A DNA stretch of 57,887 bases, counting the filler, from Thelocarpon superellum (lineage: Eukaryota), in NCBI GenBank assembly GCA_026025795.1. It is 2 parts of 2 records of this genome, joined end to end, with 100 filler letters (N's around TTAATTAATTAA, not from the genome) between each part and the next. Parts side by side here need not be neighbours in the genome. Positions count along the whole stretch, not along the records: positions 29,005 to 57,887 come from JAPEUG010000230.1; 1 more part is not named here. One strand, given 5' to 3'. The notes beneath the pieces were generated by a model, which was not told the DNA's origin, did not search any database, and saw only the letters and a program-made list of their open reading frames with translations. This document shows, piece after piece, positions 36,311 to 49,415 of the stretch (its first letter is position 1; each line of letters begins with the position of its first letter). Both the position numbers and the translations under genes were made by a program.

Positions 36311-39300
36311 ATGGAGGAAATCACCAGGTACGAAGAAGGCTGGCCCCAGAGGAGCGGGGGCCGTCCCTGTTGTGGGCGCCCTGACTGACGCCGGAGGTCC
36401 TCGTAGTAAGCTCCAAACCCTCCCCCAGGGTCCGCACTGGTTCTGTCCGCGCCAGGCTGCCGACGAGGGCAGCAGCTACAATGAGCCCGACGCCCAGGCA
36501 GATCCAGAGCGGCAGACCCGGATCGACGAGGCCAACGAGCGGGCCAACTTCGTCATCCAGTCCCTTCAGCTCCTCGCCTTCCAGGACGAGAGCCGGACCA
36601 GCTTCAATCTCTGGTACCAGGGTCAGCTCGATGCGCAGCTGGGCCAGTGTGACGATTGCATCCGACGGTACCATCAAGGAAAGAACGCCTTGATCGAGGG
36701 CTTACGAGGGTACGAAACCGCGCGGATCAGCCGCAACCGCGGTGCTGACACAGATAGGGAGCACGCGGACGAGGAGGTCGCCGCCTTCTTACGGATCCTG
36801 GACGAACGAGATCTCGAACGTATCCGTACCGGCTTATTGCGTGCCGCGGAACTCCTGAAAGAGGCTCCGCCCGACGATCGATCGGTGGGCCAGCTCGACC
36901 AGCCCTCGCTGCACGCCATCTTCGAGGCCCTCAGTGCCGACGCAGTCCTGACCAACGACACCTTCCTGACGGACTATTTCGACGGCCCTTTCAACCTCAT
37001 CCAGAGCAAACGTCCGTTCCGGCTACGTCACTACGTCCCGGCCATGGCCCACTTTCTCTTTCAGCCGTCGCCGTCTCGACGCGACTGGGCCTGCCGCACC
37101 TGGCCCAAGATGCCCTGCGGTCCCACTACCGAAGAGTTTGCCTGGGCCATTCGGGACCCACTCCTGGCCGCGGCCCGACGCGTTTCCTCGCCTGAGGTGG
37201 ACTACCCTTTTCTCGAGCACTTCTGGCGCGTCGTCCGTCTCATCGTCGGCAACCTCGACCAGCCACTCATCACGCACTCCTTTCGTGCCCTGGACGTAGA
37301 CATCATCCGTCTAGCGCTCGATCATCTTCAGCTCAACGCCCCGGTCCTCATCGTCATTGTTCAGCTCTTTACCCATGTCCTGATCAGAGCACCGGCGGAC
37401 TTCTGGGATACCATGGGGGCCAATTCGCCCGCGTCGCTAGTGGAGATGATCTGCCAGAACCCAGAGTACGCCCGTCGGCTCGAGGCGATCCGAGAGCCGG
37501 TAGATGTGGATACCATAGAGGAGGCAGACGTTGAGACGACCGTGACCCCACTTCTCGCCTGGGTCATGCCGTTTCTCTCTTCCCTAAAGCTGGCGAACCA
37601 GCCATCGGCGTGCCGAGCCTTGGCCGCGCAGCTGATGGATCGGCTGCAGGCTCGTCGCTTCTCCGAATACATCCGCATGTGCTGCTTTCAGGCGGGGCTC
37701 GAGGTGCTCGTGCAGACGTTGCAGAGCTTCGTCGATCAAGGCAAGAACATCATCGACTCCGTATCACGTGTCGTCGTCTTTGAGATCATGGAAGTCGTCA
37801 GCAAGCATCTGTCCAGCATCCTTTCCATCGCTGGTCTGCCACTCGACGATGACGTTGGCCGCACACTTGGCTCGCTGGGCATGTCCGTTATCAAAAATGC
37901 CCTGACGCTCGATTGCCAGTGCCTCAAGAACGACTACGACGCCCTGGTGGCAGGCAACCGCTTACAGTACGACGCCACCTCCAGTGCCTACTCGCTGGCC
38001 ATCTGGGAACGTGTGGCCGACGCTCTTGGCCGAAATGACGTGAGTCTAGCGACGAACATCCTGATGGGGATGGAGGGCGAGGTCGGACTCGAGTCCTTCT
38101 ACCTCCACCCCAAGACGAGCAACCGCGAGGAGAAGCTGAAGTTCAACGTGCTCTATGGCCATGTCACCCAGGCCACGGCCCGGGTCCGCGGCCGTCTGGC
38201 CGACTTTGATCCTGAGCAGCTGGCGCTTCTTTTCCGCGAGCACCCGACGGCCAATGCGCTAATCGCCGGTCTCTTTGCGGCTGACGCGGATACCTACGAC
38301 GCCGCGACGGAGGTGGTCAAGGTGCTGAGTTCGCAGTCGGGCCGCCGCGAAGCGCTGCGACATCTGCTCGAGGCCTTCTGCGCCACGACGCTGCGATGTG
38401 TGACCTGGACCATCCGCCGCATCTCCCTGCGCGAAACGTTCGCCTCCAACCCGCGGATGCTCAAGACGTCGGGCGACGTGCTGGAGGTACTCTGCGACAT
38501 GCACGACGGCCTGCTGCGCACTCGTACCCTCACCGGCCCCGAGCGTGCCTTCGTCGAGGCCTTCTGGACCCAGCAGTGGAGGGCGCTGCACGTCGTCTTC
38601 AAGAAGATGGAGACATGGTCGCTCACCAACGACAAGGACAATCTTCGTGAATTCTGTCGGGATGCCATTCAATTCGCCGAGAAGCTGTTTGACGAGTTTA
38701 GCCTCTTCGCCAGCGCCGTCGGCGCGGGCCTCGACGACGCCGATGCGTCCTCGGTCGCGGACACCCTTCTCCGTCATCCCATGTCAAGCATGAACGCTGT
38801 GGTCAAGTGGCTGCGCCTCCGCGATGAATTCCTCGCCAGCACCTTGGTGAGCATGGTCTGCAAGGTGCTCCGCCGGCTAGGCGAGCAGGGCCTGGCCTTG
38901 GATCCCGAGGCGCTCCGCTACATCGAAGAGGTGGCCCTCCGCGGCTCGGTGCGCACGATCTTGCCACCCCACGAGAAGGCGGAGCTAGCGCAAGCTCTCG
39001 AGGAGCACGAAACCCGCCGCACGCTGTCGCTGTCCACCATCGGCCGTGGTCAATCGTCCCGGAAACCACGACAGGGCACGCTGCTCGGCTGGGCCAGCGA
39101 GGCGGGGGCGTCCACCGCGGCGGATGCAGGATCGGGACGCAGCTCACGCCCGAAATCATCCGCCGGGGTCATTGACCTCGACAACTGGGCGGCCAAAGCG
39201 CAGTTGCGGGCGAAGACGCGCGAGGTCATCCCGATCGCCGACGACGATGACCTGGATGAATATGGTCATCTCGATGACGAGGATATCTTGGCCGCGTCGC

Positions 39301-42300
39301 ATTCTCTCGAGCGGTACAAGGCGATGCAACGGGACAAGGCCAAGCGCGCCCCGTCACGACCCGCGCCTGCACCAACGAGAGCGCCGTATCCATCACGGCC
39401 TCGACCGATGTCCAAGTTTCCCATGGCGAATGCCGCGGCCGCGCAGGACTTTCGCGACAAACGTGAGAAAGAGCGGCGCGAAAAGGCGGCCCGCGACCAG
39501 GCGCAGATAGCTCTCCTGCGTAAGACGAAGCCGACGTCGGAACAGCGACTGGAGCAGAACGGGATCGGGGTACCGGGAAAGGACCACGCGCCGGCACGAT
39601 CGGAGATGATGGTCTCCTCGGACTCGGAGCCGGATGAGGACGAGGAAGCCCTCCACCGGGCGACCATCACGGGCGCGGCCCCGCCCGGGTCCCGGACCTT
39701 CCGGGAGATTCAAGAGAGCAAGAGCCTGGACAAGCAGGCGCTCGCGCGGGCCGGCCCGGTCAAGAAGACCAAGCAGATACGGAACGCCAAAGACATGCGG
39801 GCCCGGTTGGCGCCGGACCTGTCAGGCCTGCACCAGATCATTCTCGGTTGGGACTTCTTCCACTACGGCGACCTGCCGCCGGACGCGCAACGGCAAGACT
39901 ACAGCATGGTCTCCCAGACATTCAAGACGCCGAGCGAATACCAAGCTACCTTTGCGCCGCTGCACGTGCTCGAGGCGTGGAACGGGCTGGCGAGCGCGCG
40001 CGAAGAGGGCAACAGCCTCAAAACGTTCGAGATCAAGATCGCCACCCGGATGACCCTCGACTCCTTCAATGAGATTGGCACGTCCATGTCGATGGTGGAG
40101 GGAAAGGAGCTCGGGCTTGCCGAGGCTGATTTGGTGCTTATCTCCAAGGGCGCGAAGCCGCTTCGGGACAGCGATGAGCCGCATTGCCTGGCGCGCGTGT
40201 CTAAGGTGAGTCGTCGAAAAAAGATGATGGAGATCGCGTACAAGGTGACGCTGGGCAATCCGCTGGTGTCATCCATGGCACCTAATGCCACGCTGCGTGG
40301 AGTGCGTATCACCTCACTCACGCCGCTGGAGCGCGAGTACGGGGCACTGCGGGGCCTGCAGTTCTACGATCTATGCGAGGAGATTATCCGCGCCCGGCCG
40401 TCGCCGATCTTGTCGTACGACTCGTCCCCCATCACTCGCCTGCGCGACACGTATCAGGTGAACCCGGCGCAGGCGCGCGCGATCAAGTCCGCCATTGACA
40501 ACGACGGCTTCACTCTCATCCAGGGGCCACCGGGATCAGGCAAAACCAAGACCATCACCGCCATCGTCGGCGCCATTCTTCCACCCGTCGCGCCGAAGGC
40601 GGCCGTGCCGATCGCCCGGCCACAAGTCGGTGGGGCGTCCAAAGCGCCAGTCGCGCGACCCCCATCGCGCAAGCTGCTCGTTTGTGCACCCAGCAACGCC
40701 GCGGTGGATGAGCTCGCCATGCGCCTCAAAGCCGGTGTGACGACGCTGCAAGGGACCCGTCGAGCGGTCGCGTTAGTCCGGCTAGGACGGGTGGACATTA
40801 TCGACGAGAAGGTCAAGGACGTCACGTTGGAGCAACTGGTCAACGCCAAGCTGAGTCGACTCAATGGAGACAAGACCAGCCATGGCGAGGAGATTCACCA
40901 GTTGGTGGAAGAGTGTAAGCGGCTCGGTGATAGCGTCAACGTCTTGCACGGCCAGCTCGAAACAGCGCGCAAGCAAGACGAGCCCGGGGATGACATCCCG
41001 CGCCTGCAGCGCGAGCTGGAGGTGCAGCGACGCAAGAAGATTGATGTCGGCCGGAAGCTCGACGAACTCCGCGACCGCGGCGACACGGTGGCGCGTGACA
41101 GCGAGATCCGGCGACGGCAGGTGCAGCAGGAAATCTTGGACGAGGCGGACGTCATCTGCGCGACTCTCAGCGGCAGCGGACACGACATGTTTCAGCATCT
41201 CAGCATCGAATTCGAGACGGTCATCATCGACGAGGCGGCGCAGTCGGTCGAGCTGAGCGCGCTCATCCCCTTGAAGTACGGCTGCGCCAAGTGTATCTTG
41301 GTCGGCGACCCCAAACAGCTCCCGCCGACCGTCTTATCGCGGGCAGCGGCGTCGTTCCAGTACGAGCAGAGCCTCTTTGTGCGCATGCAGTCCAATCACC
41401 CCACCGACGTCCATCTCCTGGACATCCAGTACCGCATGCACCCGGAGATCAGTCACTTTCCGAGCCAGACCTTCTATGATGGTCGGCTGGTCGACGGCAA
41501 CGACATGGCGACGGTCCGGCGGCGGCCGTGGCATGCGACTACGCTGCTCAGCCCGTATCGGTTCTTTGACGTGCAAGGATTGCAACAACGGGCACAACAG
41601 GGGCACTCCTTCATTAATACCGCGGAGATCAACGTGGCGCTGTCGCTCTTTGCGCGGCTGACGGCCGACTATAGCACTTATGACTTTGCGGGTAAGGTGG
41701 GCATCATCACACCATATAAGAGTCAACTGAAAGAGCTGCGGGCTCGATTCGTCGACCGTTACGGCCAGAGCATCTTTGACCGGATTGAATTCAACACGAC
41801 GGACGCCTTTCAGGGCCGGGAGTGCGAGATCATCATCTTCTCGTGTGTACGAGCATCCCCCAACCAGGGCATTGGGTTCTTGGCCGATATTCGCCGCATG
41901 AACGTCGGCTTGACCCGGGCCAAGTCGTCGCTGTGGGTCTTGGGCAATTCCCAATCGCTGGCGCAGCATGAGTACTGGGGTCGGTTGGTTGAAGACTCGC
42001 GTGCCCGCGGTCGTCACACCCAGGGCGACCTCATGGCGATCCTACGCAAGCCCACCGTCCGCGCAGACGTGGAGATGACGGACGCACCGGCGATAGAACC
42101 ATCCACGACTGAGCGGGCCACGATGTCGGGCAGCTCGACGAGGAAGATGAAATGCCGTCGATGTGGTGCAACCGATCACGTCAAAGCGTCTTGTCGAGCG
42201 GAGCGATGCTCATCTTGTGGAGAGGTCGGCCACACGAAGGGACGTTGCGTCCAAAAAGCTGGGGACGCGAGCCGGGCCAAAGAAGTGTCGAAGGGGAAAG

Positions 42301-42791
42301 TAGAGAAGAAATCCGGTGGTGAGCCTGAGCCGAGAGTGAGCACAGGTTCGAGCAAGGTTTCAAAGGGAGAGGGAGTGGATCAGAAGGTGGTGGATGGATC
42401 GCGGATGAAATTCAAGGAGGGGTCGAAGATCAAGGTCAACGACGATGGGTCGAAAGTGAGGGTCAACGGAGAGGAGCCAGGGGTGAAGGTCAAGGACGAT
42501 GCGGCAAGCACGACGATCACGGAAGATGGAAAACGGAAGCGACGACCATCCTCTCCGATCGGTCTGACACCGTTGAATGGTCCGGGAGCGAGTGCGCCGG
42601 TACCTTTACGATCTCTGCCAATCAAGCCGGAGAATCAGCAAAACGGAGCGGGTCCCACTCTAACAGCTTCTTCTGCGCCTCCCACTCGCTATACTCCAGG
42701 GCCGATGGCAGGGAAACCGCCACCACCACCTCGCGTCAAGAAAGCCGTTGATCCATTCATCCGACCCAAGCCGAAGCGACCTCGGCCGTGA
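36311..42791 (+). CDS. SEN1: Sen1/senataxin SF1B RNA/DNA helicase, ~2117 aa
   Basis: SEN1 N-terminal domain (HWFCP, CDDCIRRYH), RARLAPDL, QGPPGSGKT, APSNAAVDE, IIDEAAQ, GDPKQLPPT, QYRMHP, DAFQGRE, RRMNVGLTRAK. Exons 36311-36327, 36407-36709, 36758-42791; start codon somewhat uncertain. Confidence 0.95.
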
Positions 42792-43585
42792 TTTAGAGTC
42801 CGGGCGAGGATTACGGAGGGAAACGGCTGCATTTGCATTCAGTGGCGTCTAGCATGATGACAATTCATCGAGAAGGCGTGGGAATGGTGAAAATAACCTG
42901 GAGGGGGCACTGAACAGAATGACGCGTGGTCCGGGGGTGATGAGAGGTAGGTAGTTAGGAGAGATGAGGAGTAACGAAGCATCCATGAATGAATCAACCG
43001 TGAATGAGCGAAAGTAGGAGACGAGATTTCTTGAAGTGGAATGGAGCTGATATGACGTGAAGGTCGCCTAGTGGGTGGACCAAGGGGCGTAAACACAGGC
43101 GGCGGACTGAGCCGGGGGCTAGGCATAACCTCTCGTGATCATGTACTGACCTACTGAACAGCTCCGGCAGCAAACGCACCTGACATTCTGCCTCGCGGCT
43201 CTCTATGGATGAGCGGCCCCCACGTTACCACAAATATACCACAAACATACAGAGTCAATCGTGTTTGCTGGGAGCAGGGGGGGTGGTATAGAGGGGCGCT
43301 ATGTACCTTGGACTAGCCCCCTGCTATCACGGAGCCATCCCTGTACTACTAGTATAGTGCGAGTCCTCATGCTCGGCCCCATGGCCCCCGCTCGTAAGAT
43401 CCATGACGCTGAAGATGTACGCCGACGTCACTTCCGCGCGCCGTAGAACCGCCAACCTGCTCAACTCAAGCTATGGTATTGGTAGTATGACCGTAAACGC
43501 TTGAATATCAGTCACGCTGTACGTACACGAACAGCGCAGTTCCTTATGACAGATCGGCCAGATGAATGATTTGATTTGATTAGAA

Positions 43586-44728
43586 ATGGGATCTAAAATA
43601 CGCATCGCAAGCTATGCTACAAGAACCAGGTCTTCTCCGCTCCTAGTTGCTCCTGTCACCAGCCACGCGTGCGCCCTTTCCACGAGGAGTGTAAGCACCA
43701 GGCCCGGCACCAACACCAGCTCATCCCTCCCGTATATCCTGACGACACCCGCGTCGCGAGGGCTCGGGTTCGCATTGGCGCGACAGGTGCTACGGCGGAC
43801 GAACCTACCCGTGGTAGCTACGACGCGGGGAGCGGATACGGCAGAATTGAAGAACAGGCTGTTGGAGGGTCTGCATGATGAAACCGGGGGCCAGGCAGCG
43901 GAAGAGGGAGGAGCGGTGGGCAGAGACTTGGAGAAGAGATTGCATGTTGTGAGGCTGGACGTGACTGGTATCGTCACCCTATGTTTCTCTCCTCTACTTC
44001 CTCCTTTCCTTCCCCTTTTACGTCCTCCGGTTCCACCATGGAGAATCGCACACAGCGTTGGAATTGACGGGTAGACAGACGAAGAAAGCATCAGAGCAGC
44101 AGCTCGGTACTGCACCGACACCTTCCCACGAACGCATCTCCACCTCGCATTCACCCTACCAGGGATGTTGCATCCCGAGAAGTCCCCCGCGCAAATCGAC
44201 GCCGCCGCGGCGCTGGAGACGTACAGGATCAATCTGCTGGGTCCTTTGCTCCTGCTCAAGCATTTCTCGCCGTTGTTGCCGAGGTCTGTGCGTCGCTCTA
44301 CCTCGTCGCACCGCTCCAACGAGCGCCCAGATCATGATGAGAACAGCCTCAGCGAGCACGTCCACGGCCTCCCACGCCACGCAACTTACATCCTCATGTC
44401 GGCACGGGTGGGCAGTATTTCGGACAACAAGACGCAGGGCGGGTGGTACAGCTACCGGTCCTCAAAGGCGGGAGTGAACGCGCTCGCGAAGACGCTGGAT
44501 CTGTATCTGCGCCGCGGCGACGTGTGCGCGGATCGCGCCATGGCTACCGCTATGCACCCCGGTACCGTCAAGACGGGGCTGAGTAGGGCCTTTTGGGCGG
44601 GGGTGGAGAAGGGGAAGCTCTTTGAGCCTGATCAGGCCGCCGGGTATTTACTTGATGTGGTGCAGAAAGGTGGTTTGGATATGAGGGGGAGGTGCTGGGA
44701 TTGGAAGGGCGAGGAGATTTTGCCGTAG
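43586..44728 (+). CDS. Short-chain dehydrogenase/reductase, CsgA/C-factor-like, ~343 aa
   Basis: TPASRGLG, LDVT|DEESI, GMLHPEKSP, SARVGSISDN, GGWYSYRSSKA (YxxxK), HPGTVKT.LS, WDWKG. Intron 43968-44078. Arg/Ser-rich N-terminus may be a mitochondrial presequence. Confidence 0.9.
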
Positions 44729-44847
44729 TTTCCAATTCATGCTTTTGGACAGAGAGGGGGTGGAGTGTCGCATTCGGCCGTAGAGTGAGGTCGTTATGTC
44801 CCTGTTCTCACCAGTCTACTAGATAGCACCATGGTTTGAGACCATAA

Positions 44848-46887
44848 TCACACTTTGCTAGGTACAGGTGTGGGGATCTCCGTAGAGGGGAGAGAAGATT
44901 CGTGCATGTCCTTCTCCGTTGCCCTTCCCTTTTCTCCCCACTTCTCCTGGGATTTCTCCCGCTTCTTCTCCACCCGTTTCATCCGTTCTGCTGACGCTGA
45001 TGCTGACGCTGCCGCGGTCGCTGCCGCTGTCGTTGCCGCTGTCGTTGCCGCTGTCGTTGCCGCACCTCCGTCATCGCGGTAGCCTTGCCCTGCGTGCAAG
45101 TACTCACTTGCACCTCCATAACCACTTGCATTCCCACCACCATATCCACTGGCATTTGGCCCATAACCCTGACCACGCTTACTACGAGACTTGGCGTATG
45201 GCGCCGGCTCCAGCTCACGCCAACTGCCTCTCCTGCTTCGCTGGCTCCCTTGCTCCCCCCACATGCTGACGCGCTGCACCTTGCGCAGCTTGGTGAGACC
45301 ATAGCCACAGACGATGGCGGCGAAGATGAACGAGGTCACGGACACGCCGAGGAAGCCCAGATCCGACTCCTCGATGAAGTTCTTCAGGTTCATGCCGTAC
45401 AGGGCGGCGATGAACGCACCGCTCCCTGTTCCCAGCGTCCCAATGGAGAATTTGAGGTCCAGGAGCATCAGCGAGTTTCGGTTTGCGTCCAAGATTGCCT
45501 TGACTCTGGATTTGGGTCAGTCAGTCGACGTTGTCATCGTCACGAGGGAGCGATTCCACCTACATCTCCTCCGTGTTGCGAATGTTGCTGACGAGATTCC
45601 CGCTGGCCTGCACGATTTCGTCGCACACCTTGTGGTAGTTCTCCAGCAGCATCTCCACTTCGGTATGGTCGTCTTCTCCGCGCGCGCCACCTCGGGCTTT
45701 AGCCGTTAGATACATGGCTGCGAGATCATCATCGGCATCCAGGAGCTCGTCGATGGCGTCGCGCACCAGCTTTGCCTTTTGTTCAAAGGTACTCAGCTTC
45801 TTCGAGTAGATCAGGAGATGACGTAGTTTATCGCGGTCGATGTCTTCTTCCAGCTCTCGCAGCACTCGCACCACCGGCTCGCGCACGCCTTCGAACTCCC
45901 CCTCTAGCGCAGTCGTCACGCTGATCAGGACGGCTTCCAACGCCCGGAACTCATACGGCAACCCGCCCGCCTGTCGGGATCCTTCCCGTTGCCGCAGCTT
46001 GCCCTCGAGATCGTACATGAACACCGATTGTGTATATGAATCGGTGGATCCATAGGCGTCAAAGACCAGGACCCGATCGTACTTGATGAGGGCTTTGAGA
46101 TGAAGAAGGTTGATCAGGATGGCCGACGGTCGGACGATCATGTGCGGTAGCAGGGACGAGTCGATCTTGCGCAGATCTCGTGGTAGGAGGCCATACTGCG
46201 AATCGTCAGACAAGCTCTTCTCGAATGCCCTCCAAGTGGCAGACGTACCTTGGCGATCAACTCGCTTTTCTTAAACTCTCCGTTGACCAGCGTGACGTTC
46301 CCGTGCTCGTCGAACTCCGTACATCGCACCTTCATCTCGTTCGCCGCTTTGGCCGACACGCTTCTCGCGATGCTAAGGGTAGAGCCGTCCGCACCGTCGT
46401 CCAGAAATCCCGGGAGCGGAGGCAAGTCGTTGTATCGGGCCGCATGATGCTTGGACTTCTCGCTCCTCCAATCCCACATCCGGCGTAGCCAGGCATGGTT
46501 CTCGGATGAGGCCTGGCGGCGAGTGAGTTTCATTGAAGACGGAATGCGACCTTTCACTCGTGAACCTGGTGCAGGTAGGTGTGCTGCAAAGGCCGCTGGG
46601 TGGGGAGAAGACGAGCATGACCGGGGCCAAAGAGAGTCGAGGTTGAGGAACGATGCCTCCAGCACCGTGGCCTGCTGCATGGGGCTGGTGCTGAGCTCAC
46701 GCGTCGACAGTCTAGTCTGTGGTGCCGGCGGACGCACACGTCGTGGGAATGGTGGGACATGCCTGTTGAAGCAAAAGGCCGGTCGAGGATTCGCGGTGAA
46801 GAAGCAAATGCCGTCGGACTGTGCCTTGAGAAATCTCAGCACCGTCGACGATGGCGCTGGTACCCGATGCCACGGAGTGCCCTGCAT
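44848..46887 (-). CDS. MRS2: Mitochondrial CorA-family Mg2+ transporter (Mrs2/Lpe10), ~642 aa
   Basis: RCTEFD, YGLLPRDLRKID, LPYEFRALE, DDDLAAMYLT, EVEMLLE.Y, LDANRNSL, YGMN signature. Exons 46887-46249, 46195-45564, 45505-44848. MRS2 versus LPE10 paralogue not resolved. Confidence 0.92.
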
Positions 46888-47384
46888 CTCCAATACCGAT
46901 CTCACAGCTGACAGGATTCAGCAGATGACAGCCCCAATCGAGCTGCGCATCGTGCTATTCTGTCCGTGCTTATGAGATGCGTGGCAAGGATCGTCGTGGT
47001 CCAGGTGGTTGTCACAGGCGCTAGTCACGCACGCCGACAGAGAAGCGGAAGTCTGAAGTCCGGTCTTCAGCCGCTGCCACAACGTCCACGATGAGCCACC
47101 GTTACGGGATTACGAATTTCAGGAATGGTCGACCCCGTCTGGTAGATGCGTGATCTTGCGGGATACTGCTGTAGACACACGGAAGATGCGTTGCAGCTCG
47201 AGGACTGAAGATGATCCTCCCTAAGCTGCTCGGGCTACCGAGACCGGGTATTTACGATACTTCACTGATACAGCGATCGCTCACATCGTGCCAGGCCATC
47301 TATTCTCGACGGTCAAAGGTCGAAGGCCGACGGTCCACTCAAGCAAATCGTCTCCGTAATCATTGCACCACCAGTCAAGGGACG

Positions 47385-49415
47385 CTAATCCCACTCATCG
47401 TCTTCGCCCTCATCGTCTACCATCTTTAGCTTCCGTCCAGACCGAGACAAAGGCGCTGGAGACTCACCGCTATGACTGACTCTCGTCTTCCGCTTACTCA
47501 ACGCGGCTTGCAAGGCCCCGGCTAGCCCTGCATCCGATCCCGCGGCTGGAGCCTGACCTGCGGCCCCTCCGCCAGGTGCCGCTGCTCCAGCTACCAGCGC
47601 CGAGCTGCGATCTCGTTTCTGGCTATCGTCGACCTTGCGGAGACGGCCACCACCGACGCCACCAGTCGCACGGATCGATTTGAGCACATCTTCCTTGTCG
47701 CCGGCCGGCGTCGGAAGGCTGCTGCCTGACGTGGCCGAGTCCCGGTTAGGCGGCAAGGGCGGCGCGTTCGGCACGCCGGACTGGTAGCCCGAATCGCGAT
47801 TCGGCGGGAGAGGCGGGGCCGGTGGCGCAAGAGGCGCGGGCGGCGCTCCGCCCGTGGGAAGAGGCGGCGGTGGCGGGGCCGGTGGCGGGGCGGATTGGTG
47901 GGGTCGAGGCGCCTGCGGAAGCGGAGGTGGAGGTGGCGCCGCGGGAGGGCCGGCGCTGTGAGATGGGAGAGGAGGCGGTGCTGGCGCCTGACTCACCGGA
48001 GGAAGCGCGGGCGGCAGCTGAGGGAGTGGTGGAGGCGGCGGGACCGAAGACAAGGGTGCACCAGGCGTCTTAGGAGGCAGGGGCGGAGGGAGAGAGCTGC
48101 TAGGAGGCGGTAACGTATGTCGCACCGATGATGTGGAAGGTCCCGTACTGCGCGGCGGTGGAGGGGGAGGGCCTGCGATCGATACACGCTCGCTGGGTAA
48201 GGGCGGTGGTACGTTGAACCTCGACCGAGACACCGACGCCTCCTCTATCGGAGTCTTCGGCGGTCGCGGTGGCGGCGGCGGACCGGACGTCGACGGTGCT
48301 TGTCGCGGTGGTGGGGGGGGCGCGGGATCAGAGTGGGCAAACTTTCCTGCCCCTTCGATAGGCGGTGGCGCGCGGAATCTCGGCGCCGGCGCACCTCGAG
48401 GGGGAGGAGAATCCCGAGGAGAAGATGGCGTTTGTGGGGGAGACGGCGGACCAAAACCCCCTACGTGCGATCGTCTCGCAGGCGGCGGTTCGGGCTTGGG
48501 GCCTCGTCGTGATGCCGCGCCCCCTGTATGCTGCGGACTGAGCGAGCTGGCTCGCACGGCTAGAGGAGGTACACTGGGCGGTGGCGGTGGCCTTGGCCGT
48601 TCACTGCGGCCAGCATCTGCTGCACCATTGACACCGTTTGCCGCTGGCCCTTGCTGCTGCTCGATGTACGACTTGATGAAGTCGGCATTCTCTTCGATCA
48701 TGTCCTCCGTAATGCCCATCTCTTTCAGCTCCTGAAGGATCGACGGGTCGATACTGGCGATGGAGAAGCCCTCGTTCTCATTCACCTGCGGCTCGACCGG
48801 TCGAGGAGGGAGCATGGAGGTTGGAGGCGGCTGCGGGTTAGACGTAGACCGGTGCGGGTGGAGGAAGTGTCCGAGAGTACCGAGTCGGCTTGATCGGGCA
48901 CTGCGGCCGGTACCCGCGTGCGCCTGATGGTCTTCTCCGGTCATGATGCCAAACGCCGTCGCCTTGGTCGCTTTACTTGCGTTCTTCTCCCGCTCGTCCA
49001 TTTTCTTCTTGAACGTTTTCGCTTCCTTGTCGTCGGTGAAGGAGAGCCCGGCCAGACAGTGCTCCAGCTCAAAGGTGTGGAAGAAGGTGCGGTCCTGATT
49101 GTAGGCGAACGAATCGTAAATCTCCTGGTCCCAGATCACCCCTCGATTCGATGACTGACGCCGGCGTTAGCACCACCGCTCGTAGCCTCCGTCGAAGTGC
49201 CCTACCGAAACATCCACCATCTTGATCCAGAGAGTATTTCCAACGAGGTCGTTGGCCAGTACGGCGGCTCCTTGCACGCCCGTATAGGTCCATCGCTGCC
49301 TACTCGGATATGCCACATACAGACGGGCGACGGCGACGGCGTGGATCTTGTTGGAGGCTTTGGGCACGGCCCGCTTGACCGTCTCCTTGTCCTCGTCGGA
49401 GAGCACGGAGGGCAT
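47385..49415 (-). CDS. LAS17: WASP homologue, Arp2/3 activator (WH1, Pro-rich, WH2-C-A), ~642 aa
   Basis: WH1 (VARLYVAYP, WDQEIY, YNQDRTFFHTFE), long polyproline region, WH2 (DVLKSIR...LRKV), LAGALQAALSKRK, acidic DDEWD end. Exons 49415-49206, 49154-47468, 47416-47385. Confidence 0.95.

Noticed and set aside
42855..42915. Possible box C/D snoRNA (ATGATGA...CTGA) after SEN1
   Set aside because: Falls in the likely SEN1 3' UTR, has no clear terminal stem, and I could not identify an rRNA-complementary guide.
25440..49415. Apparent endocytosis cluster (SWA2, DNF1 flippase, LAS17)
   Set aside because: SWA2 is separated from the other two by the artificial linker, and unrelated genes intervene between DNF1 and LAS17.
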